Part shown: positions 26,224 through 32,085 of the stretch, in pieces
How the letters are laid out: the number at the start of each line of letters is the position of its first letter
Position numbering within the stretch: the first letter of the stretch is position 1
Assembly: GCA_964245645.1 (NCBI GenBank)
Contig: CAXTOI010000001.1
Coordinates: 5,903 to 37,987 of the forward strand
Direction: 5' to 3'
Origin: an uncultured Novosphingobium sp.
GTDB taxonomy: Bacteria > Pseudomonadota > Alphaproteobacteria > Sphingomonadales > Sphingomonadaceae
Length of the DNA: 32,085 nucleotides
Notes under the pieces: generated by a model
Databases searched by the model: none
What the model saw: only the letters and a program-made list of their open reading frames with translations
Told to the model about the DNA's origin: nothing
Position numbers and translations under genes: made by a program

Positions 26224-26253
26224 TCGGACGCCTGCGTCCCAAAGGAGGATGAG

Positions 26254-27447
26254 ATGACTGAAGCCATCACGAGCAGCGGGCCCTGCGCCGGAATCAAGGT
26301 GATCGATTGCGCCACGATGGTGGCCGGCGCGTTGGCGGGCCAGATGCTGGGCGATCAGGGCGCCGAGGTGATCAAGATCGAGCCGCTGGGCGGCGAGATG
26401 ATGCGCCACATCCATCCCCAGCATCTCGGTATGTCGGCAACATTCCTGCAGATGAACCGCAGCAAACGCAGCCTCCAGGTCGATCTGAAGTCGCCGAAAG
26501 GTGTTCGCATCGTTCGCGACCTCATCGCCGAAGCGGATGTATTCCTCGAAAACGCCAGGCCGGGCGTGTTCGATCGGCTGGGCCTGGGATACGATACGCT
26601 CCGCGACATCAATCCGCGGCTGGTCTATGCCTCGGTTACCGGTTTCGGGCCGACCGGTCCGTATGCCGCCCAACCGGCTTATGACAATCTGCTTCAGGGC
26701 ATCACCGGGGTCATGTCGCTCCAGAACTACGGCGCCGATCCGCAACCGATCTACAATGCGATTGCCGACAAGATCACTGCGATCTCGGCGGCCAGCGCGA
26801 TCGTTTCAGCGCTGCTGTTCAGGGAAAGAAATGGTCAGCAGGGCCAGCGCGTGTCGGTGTCCATGCTCGACGCATTTGGATCGTTCATCCTGGCCGATCA
26901 ATTGACCAATCACACCTTCCTTGCCCCCGGGGCCGAGACGATACCCCATCTTGTCCTGTATCGGCCTGTTGCGACGCTGGACGGGTTCGTGATCGGACAT
27001 ATCGGTCCCGACCATCATTTCGCCGCCGCCTGCAAGATTTTCAATCGTACCGATCTGCTGACCGACCCGCGCTTCGCGGGGCCCTGGCTGCGGGCATCCA
27101 ATTATCGGTTGATGTGGCAGGAGTTCGAGGTTTCCACAAAGTCCATCCGAACAGCGGAGCTGCTCGACGCCGCCCAGGCTCACGGGGTGCCTCTCGCAAA
27201 AGTCAACTCGCTCGACGAATTCTTCGAAGATCCCCAGGTCCAGCACAATGGCACATGCTTCCAATATGACGACCCGGAATACGGCGCGATCCGCCAGCTC
27301 AAATATCCCGCGAATTTTGAGGTTTCACCCGTCGATGTGCAGTCGCGTGCACCCAAGCTTGGTGAACATACCGACGCCATCCTCGCCGGATTGAACTTCT
27401 CGCCGGAGGTCATCGCGGAATATCGCGCCGCCGGCGTCGTTGCGTGA
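26254..27447 (+). CDS. Family III CoA transferase (CaiB/BaiF)
   Basis: 'LGDQGAEVIKIEP', 'NRSKRS', 'ADVFLENARPG', 'NPRLVY', catalytic Asp in 'IADK' and 'APKLGEHT'; AGGAGG RBS. Confidence 0.95.
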   Translation: MTEAITSSGPCAGIKVIDCATMVAGALAGQMLGDQGAEVIKIEPLGGEMMRHIHPQHLGMSATFLQMNRSKRSLQVDLKSPKGVRIVRDLIAEADVFLENARPGVFDRLGLGYDTLRDINPRLVYASVTGFGPTGPYAAQPAYDNLLQGITGVMSLQNYGADPQPIYNAIADKITAISAASAIVSALLFRERNGQQGQRVSVSMLDAFGSFILADQLTNHTFLAPGAETIPHLVLYRPVATLDGFVIGHIGPDHHFAAACKIFNRTDLLTDPRFAGPWLRASNYRLMWQEFEVSTKSIRTAELLDAAQAHGVPLAKVNSLDEFFEDPQVQHNGTCFQYDDPEYGAIRQLKYPANFEVSPVDVQSRAPKLGEHTDAILAGLNFSPEVIAEYRAAGVVA

Positions 27448-27478
27448 GCAGTCTTCGCAACGACGTAAGAGCGTGGCA

Positions 27479-28393
27479 TCAATCGGCAAGGTGATCGATG
27501 GTATTCCGGGCAATCGCCACGAACTGCCGGACGATCGGGTCCCTGATGGGCTCAAGCCAGGCCAGGACGATGCTGTGAAATTCGAGCGGAGGGCCAAGCG
27601 GTCGCAGGACGACACCCGCCGGGGCGACGCCTGCCATTGAGGCCGGTGTGAAGCCGATACCGACCCCGGCGGCGGCAAGTGCCATCACTTTGGGCATTTC
27701 GGCCGCCTCCTCGACAATGTTCGGCTGAAACCCCTGCGCTTCGCAGGCTTCGATAAAAGCCCGGTAGGTTCGCGGGGCGGAACTTTCCGGCGCCAGTATC
27801 AACGCTTCGCCGCGCAAATCCTGGAAAGTGACCAGATCGCGCTGCGTCAGCCCATGGCCTTTGGGAAGACAGGCGAGGACCTGGTCATTCCAGATCGTCA
27901 GCGTTCCACGCGGAAGATCGTCGGGACGCCGGATCATGAACGCGACATCGATATTACCGCGCGAGAGCTGGTGTTCGAGTTCGTCGCTCCAATGCTCGTG
28001 GAGCACCACGTCCACGTCGTCGAAGCGCTTTCTGAAAACCTGGAGCATCTGGCTCATCGGCGTTTGCAGAGCGCGCGGCGAATAGCCGATCGAGAATACG
28101 GTCCTGCTTCTGGCACTCATTTTCTGCGCGCTGCGGGTCGCGGCTTCGATATGATCGAGGATCGCCCGCGCTTCCACCAGGAAGTTCTCGCCGACGGGAG
28201 TGAGTTCGACATGCCGAGTGCTTCTCTCGAACAGGCGCGCCCCCAGGACGTCTTCCAGCCGATGGAGTTGGTGCGTCAGTCCCGATTGCGTCAGATGCGC
28301 ACGCTGTGCCGCGCGGCCGAAGTGCAACTCCTCCGCGAGAATGCTGAACGAGCGAAGATGGCGAAGTTCGGGAAGGAGCAAAGGTGGCTGCAT
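27479..28393 (-). CDS. LysR family transcriptional regulator (BenM/HcaR/AlsR-like)
   Basis: HTH 'LRHLRSFSILAEELHFGRAAQRAHLTQSGLTHQLHRLE...LFERSTRHVELT'. Start uncertain (28393 chosen; the ORF extends to 28456). Confidence 0.94.
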   Translation of the reverse strand: MQPPLLLPELRHLRSFSILAEELHFGRAAQRAHLTQSGLTHQLHRLEDVLGARLFERSTRHVELTPVGENFLVEARAILDHIEAATRSAQKMSARSRTVFSIGYSPRALQTPMSQMLQVFRKRFDDVDVVLHEHWSDELEHQLSRGNIDVAFMIRRPDDLPRGTLTIWNDQVLACLPKGHGLTQRDLVTFQDLRGEALILAPESSAPRTYRAFIEACEAQGFQPNIVEEAAEMPKVMALAAAGVGIGFTPASMAGVAPAGVVLRPLGPPLEFHSIVLAWLEPIRDPIVRQFVAIARNTIDHLAD

Positions 28394-28481
28394 TACAGTC
28401 CAATAAGCTGGGTGGTGTAACTTAGGTCTTGGCAAAATCCGGGGTAAGGCGTTCAATGGGAATGTTCAGGCACGACTGTGG

Positions 28482-28504
28482 TTGATTAGATTGATTCATC
28501 AATC
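28482..28504. promoter_or_regulatory. Probable LysR binding site (TTGAT-N11-ATCAA, overlapping palindrome GATTGA-N4-TCAATC)
   Basis: T-N11-A dyad at 28486/28498 between the divergent lysR and MFS genes. Confidence 0.55.
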
Positions 28505-28630
28505 GGCACCAGCAGCTCATTTAACGCGCGGCCATCCCGATGGTAGACCTACCTAATAATGGGCCCGCCAATCGTTGTTGGGTAGAAAATGGAAGCCGGT
28601 GTAGCAAGGCTTCGATGTCGGGAGACGTAT

Positions 28631-29974
28631 ATGCCATCATCAGGATCATCCGTAAATCGCGGCAGCGTCCGCGATGCAATCCTCCAGTTACCGCTCGGCC
28701 GCCAGCAAATCATGGTCATCGCCATTTGCGGGGGCCTGTTGCTGATCGAAGGATTCGATGTCCTCGCGCTCTCCTTCTCCGCTTCGGCGATCACGCGGGA
28801 GTGGGGAATGCGGGCGCAAAGCCTTGGGCTGCTGTTTAGTGCCGGGCTTGTCGGGATCGGTATCGGAACCTTGACCTTGGGGCCGGTGGCCGACTTATAC
28901 GGTCGCCGCCCTATCATCATTGTCAGCACGGCACTTGTCTCGGTCGGGATGCTGGGTTCGGCCATGGCGGATTCGCTGCCGGTATTTATCGTCGCAAGAA
29001 TGGTGACCGGGCTTGGCGTCGGCGGGCTGGCCAGTTCGAGTGGTGCGCTCATCTTTGAATATGCGCCGCTGAAATATCGCGAGTTCGGCATTGGGGTGAA
29101 CAGTATCGGCTTTCCGCTGGGCGCGATTGTCGGGGGCTCCGTCGCCTATGCGCTGATCGAGACATGGGGCTGGCGCGCGGTGTTCCTGTTCGGCGGCATC
29201 ATATCGACTGCCTTTCTCCCGATCATCATCTGGAAGCTGCCGGAATCAGTAGATTACCTGATCGAGCGCCGTCCGCGCCGCGCGCTCGATCGATTGAACC
29301 AGATTCTGGCCTGGCTGAAGATTACGCCGATCGACGTTTTGCCGATGAAGGCAAATACACGACAAAACGAACCCGGCTCAGGCAAAATTGCGGCGCTGCA
29401 GCAGGGCTGGCCGGTTTATGCCGGCTATTTTCTGTTCATGTCACTGTTCTATTTTCTGTTGAGCTGGCTACCGAAGCTTCTTGTCGACGCCGGCCAAAGC
29501 GAACACCTCGGCAACATCGCGCTCACCGCTGTCAACGCCGGTGGCATCGTCGGGGTGCTGACGATCGGTGCGTTCACACCGTGGTTCGGGGTGAAACGGT
29601 TGACGGTTGCGCTGCTGGTCGTGACTGGGGCAGGGATGGTGCTGCTCGGCATGGCTGCATCGAACGCGACGGCCATCATCGTGCTGGCCGTTCCCTTGGG
29701 TATCGCTGCATATGCCAGCATTGTGGGCCTTTTTTCGATCGCCGCCGCCGCCTTTCCTGCCGCCGTTCGCGTTACCGGTATCAGCATTGCCCTGACATTC
29801 GGCAAGATTGGCTCGATATTGGCGCCCTACGTGGCCGGTCGCATGCTTGATGCCGGCTTGGCGACTAATTATATTTGCGGCGTTTTCGCCATACCGGTTT
29901 TGCTGGCTGCGTTGATCCTGGTCTCGACAAAGATCGGCGCCCAGCCGCCCGCGAAATCGGCTTTGCCGGCATGA
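28631..29974 (+). CDS. MFS transporter, aromatic acid:H+ symporter-like (PcaK/BenK/MhpT family)
   Basis: TM1 'IEGFDVLA' (a DGxD variant), motif A 'GPVADLYGRR', 'GWRAVF' and 'LPES'; multiple TM helices. ATG 28631 follows GGAG. Confidence 0.92.
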   Translation: MPSSGSSVNRGSVRDAILQLPLGRQQIMVIAICGGLLLIEGFDVLALSFSASAITREWGMRAQSLGLLFSAGLVGIGIGTLTLGPVADLYGRRPIIIVSTALVSVGMLGSAMADSLPVFIVARMVTGLGVGGLASSSGALIFEYAPLKYREFGIGVNSIGFPLGAIVGGSVAYALIETWGWRAVFLFGGIISTAFLPIIIWKLPESVDYLIERRPRRALDRLNQILAWLKITPIDVLPMKANTRQNEPGSGKIAALQQGWPVYAGYFLFMSLFYFLLSWLPKLLVDAGQSEHLGNIALTAVNAGGIVGVLTIGAFTPWFGVKRLTVALLVVTGAGMVLLGMAASNATAIIVLAVPLGIAAYASIVGLFSIAAAAFPAAVRVTGISIALTFGKIGSILAPYVAGRMLDAGLATNYICGVFAIPVLLAALILVSTKIGAQPPAKSALPA

Positions 29975-30018
29975 ATGTCATGGCATGATCGCGATGGCAG
30001 CGGGGTTCGATTTATGCG

Positions 30019-31071
30019 TTAAACCGCTGCTTCGAGGCCATAGATCCGGCTTGCCGTGCCGCTGAACAGCGCATCTTTTTCCGCGTCGGAATAGCCGGTA
30101 GCCAAAAGCTTGAAGGCGTTCCACAAAACCGCATAGCTGCAGGATAGCTGGTCCACCGGGAAGTTGCTCTCAAACATCGATCGATCTGGGCCGAAGGCTT
30201 CGATCACGGTCTCGACATAAGGCCGCCAGGCTTCGGCAAGGTCCACAGAGGATGGTGGAACCGGCAGTGTTTCGAATGCGAATCCCGACAAGCGCATGGC
30301 CAGGCCGCCGATCTTGACCGTGACATTGGGATTTCGGGCCACTTCGATCAATCCGGCTTTCCAGATCGCAAAGACTTCGTCTCGCTTGCCGGCATAGGGG
30401 CCGATGCCCAGTGGTCCCCCGACATGGTCAAGCACTATGCTGACATCGGGCAGGGCCGCGGCGAAATCGGCCACATCGCCGAGTTGATGATGATAGACCC
30501 ACGAGTCCAGCACCAGGCCCAGCGAAGCCATATGTCGGGCACCCTCCCGCACGCTCGGCTCGTAAAGCAGCCGTGCCGGCGGGGTGCGCGCGGTGCTGCG
30601 GACATCGGGACTGGGATCCCAGGCGGAGGAAAAGCGTATGCCTTTGAAACGGCCCTCGCCGGCGGCAACGTGCGCTTCGAGTACGCCCCTGACGGCATCG
30701 CCTTCCGCCAGGTCGACCCGGCTGATGATCCCGGCGTTCACTCGGGTGGGGCCAAAGCTTCCGCCCTCGGCATCCCGCGCCACTTGCAAGCCAAACTCGG
30801 TTTCGCCGACCGATCGATAGGATTCGGGCCCGTGAGTGAAATACCCTTCGGAGCAATCCGCGAAGACCGTGGCGACGACCTTATGACCGGCATTATAATC
30901 GGCAGCGAACTCGTCGAGCAGATAACGCGTGCGCGGCGGGCCCCATAGGTGATGGTGGCAATCCACAATCGCCCGATCGGGCTCGATGATGGCTTCCTGC
31001 CGCTTGGCCAGCCATTCGCTGTCGCCCGCTGGCAGATGGGCTTTCTGGGTTTCACCGATATCGTTCGACAC
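30019..31071 (-). CDS. Amidohydrolase_2 family protein (lactonase-like TIM barrel)
   Basis: 'VDCHHHLW', 'FKGIR', 'VLDHVGGP', 'VKIGG' and 'FGPDRSMFESNFPVD'; GTG start. Confidence 0.92.
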   Translation of the reverse strand: MSNDIGETQKAHLPAGDSEWLAKRQEAIIEPDRAIVDCHHHLWGPPRTRYLLDEFAADYNAGHKVVATVFADCSEGYFTHGPESYRSVGETEFGLQVARDAEGGSFGPTRVNAGIISRVDLAEGDAVRGVLEAHVAAGEGRFKGIRFSSAWDPSPDVRSTARTPPARLLYEPSVREGARHMASLGLVLDSWVYHHQLGDVADFAAALPDVSIVLDHVGGPLGIGPYAGKRDEVFAIWKAGLIEVARNPNVTVKIGGLAMRLSGFAFETLPVPPSSVDLAEAWRPYVETVIEAFGPDRSMFESNFPVDQLSCSYAVLWNAFKLLATGYSDAEKDALFSGTASRIYGLEAAV

Positions 31072-31122
31072 TTGGATTTTGCCTTTTTGATCGAGCCAGG
31101 GTTTGGAAATGCAGTACGGCGC

Positions 31123-32085
31123 TCAATGGCCCGATGTGGCGGCGGACTTGCCAGCCTGGCGCCCGAAGGCGGCGGAACTGGATAGCGATGTCGCGCTGTA
31201 ATAGCCGGCGCCGTGAAAGCCGCCGACGACCTCGCCGGCAGCATAGAGACCGACGATGGGTTCTTCGAACCAGTCGAGCACTGCCATATTGGCGTCGGTC
31301 CTGATGCCGCCATAGGTCGAGGTGATCGCATTGGCTGATGCGGCGATGAAATAGGGCGGTTTGTCGATTACCATCAGCCCGACCTTGCGCCCGAACCGGG
31401 TATCGACGCCGGCCAATGCATCGCGGTTGTATTGCGCAACCGTGTCTTCGAGCGTTGCCGGATCAATGCCCATCTTGCCGGCGGCTTCTCCAATCGTGTC
31501 GGCCTGCTGGATATAACCGGCGATCAGGCCCTCCTTGTAATTGTTGACCGAGGTGTCGTAGGTCGAACTATCCATCAGCTGCTGGTCGAACAGCTGGAAG
31601 CCGATGCCTTCGGGCTGCTCCATGCCGATATTGCTGATTTTCTTGTAGCTCTGGCCCTCGTTGATGAAACGCACGCCATCCTTGTTGACCAGGATCCCAC
31701 CGCGCAGGAAGGAAAAAAGCAGCGGCGGAATTTCGTCGGCGTCGTAGACTGCCTTGGGGTAATTGCGAATGCCGCCGCCGAACGACCCGGTCACATAACC
31801 CAGATCGGCATGACTGGCGCCCAGGTCCGTTGCCATCATCAATCCGTCGCCGGTATTTGCGATGCCGCCGTGCTTCACGGCATCGGCCAGTTCCGGCGCA
31901 TATGTCTGCAGCAATTCGCGACTACGCGAAAAGCCGCCGGTGGTGAGAACGACGCCGCCGGTCACATCGATTTCCGCCTCGCGACCCCCGAAAAACACCG
32001 TCGCGCCGTCCACCCGGCCGCTGTCCGGCGATCGCCGCAGACGCACCGCTGCCGATTTGGTGAAAAACTCGATCCTGCGATGGGC
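31123..32085 (-). CDS. FAD_binding_2 flavoprotein (flavocytochrome c flavin subunit/delta4-ketosteroid dehydrogenase-like), 5' end beyond the window
   Basis: 'VVLTTGGF', 'NTGDG', 'RFINE', 'TYGGI' and 'GLYAAGEVVGG'. The N-terminal GxGxxG is absent because the frame runs off the window end. Confidence 0.88.
   Translation of the reverse strand, partial: AHRRIEFFTKSAAVRLRRSPDSGRVDGATVFFGGREAEIDVTGGVVLTTGGFSRSRELLQTYAPELADAVKHGGIANTGDGLMMATDLGASHADLGYVTGSFGGGIRNYPKAVYDADEIPPLLFSFLRGGILVNKDGVRFINEGQSYKKISNIGMEQPEGIGFQLFDQQLMDSSTYDTSVNNYKEGLIAGYIQQADTIGEAAGKMGIDPATLEDTVAQYNRDALAGVDTRFGRKVGLMVIDKPPYFIAASANAITSTYGGIRTDANMAVLDWFEEPIVGLYAAGEVVGGFHGAGYYSATSLSSSAAFGRQAGKSAATSGH

Noticed and set aside
19352-27447. 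Assigning bai, cai or atu gene symbols
   Set aside because: Similarity is at family level only and gene order does not match those operons, so orthology cannot be shown without searches.
1-32085. Mobile elements, CRISPR arrays, tRNA/rRNA, defence or toxin systems
   Set aside because: I saw no transposase, integrase or cas ORFs, no periodic repeats and no structured RNA gene signatures.
31123-32085. Annotation as fumarate reductase or succinate dehydrogenase
   Set aside because: The catalytic His and Arg motifs are substituted, and no Fe-S or membrane subunits follow.

Overview
A gene-dense, GC-rich (roughly 60% by eye) bacterial catabolic island, probably alphaproteobacterial or sphingomonad (inferred from gene content only). 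It has 28 CDS, the last truncated by the window end: TetR and LysR regulators, an aromatic-acid-type MFS transporter, five SDRs, two paralogous aldehyde dehydrogenases, three different Old-Yellow-Enzyme flavoproteins, two FAD_binding_2 desaturase-like flavoproteins, a periplasmic PQQ-type beta-propeller fused to cytochrome c, a ThDP enzyme, two VOC proteins, two NTF2-fold proteins, an EthD protein, a tandem EthD-like hypothetical protein, a CoA ligase, an enoyl-CoA hydratase, a family III CoA transferase, an MDR reductase and an amidohydrolase. I saw no RNA genes, CRISPR arrays or mobile elements. Three signals stand out: (1) the PQQ-propeller/cytochrome c fusion appears to lack the canonical catalytic His; (2) a TTRTTTA-core motif recurs in most promoter regions, suggesting one regulon; (3) the enzyme inventory points to an uncharacterised pathway for cyclic/enone or steroid-like acids. 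The substrate cannot be determined from sequence alone. All family calls are by motif recognition, not database search.
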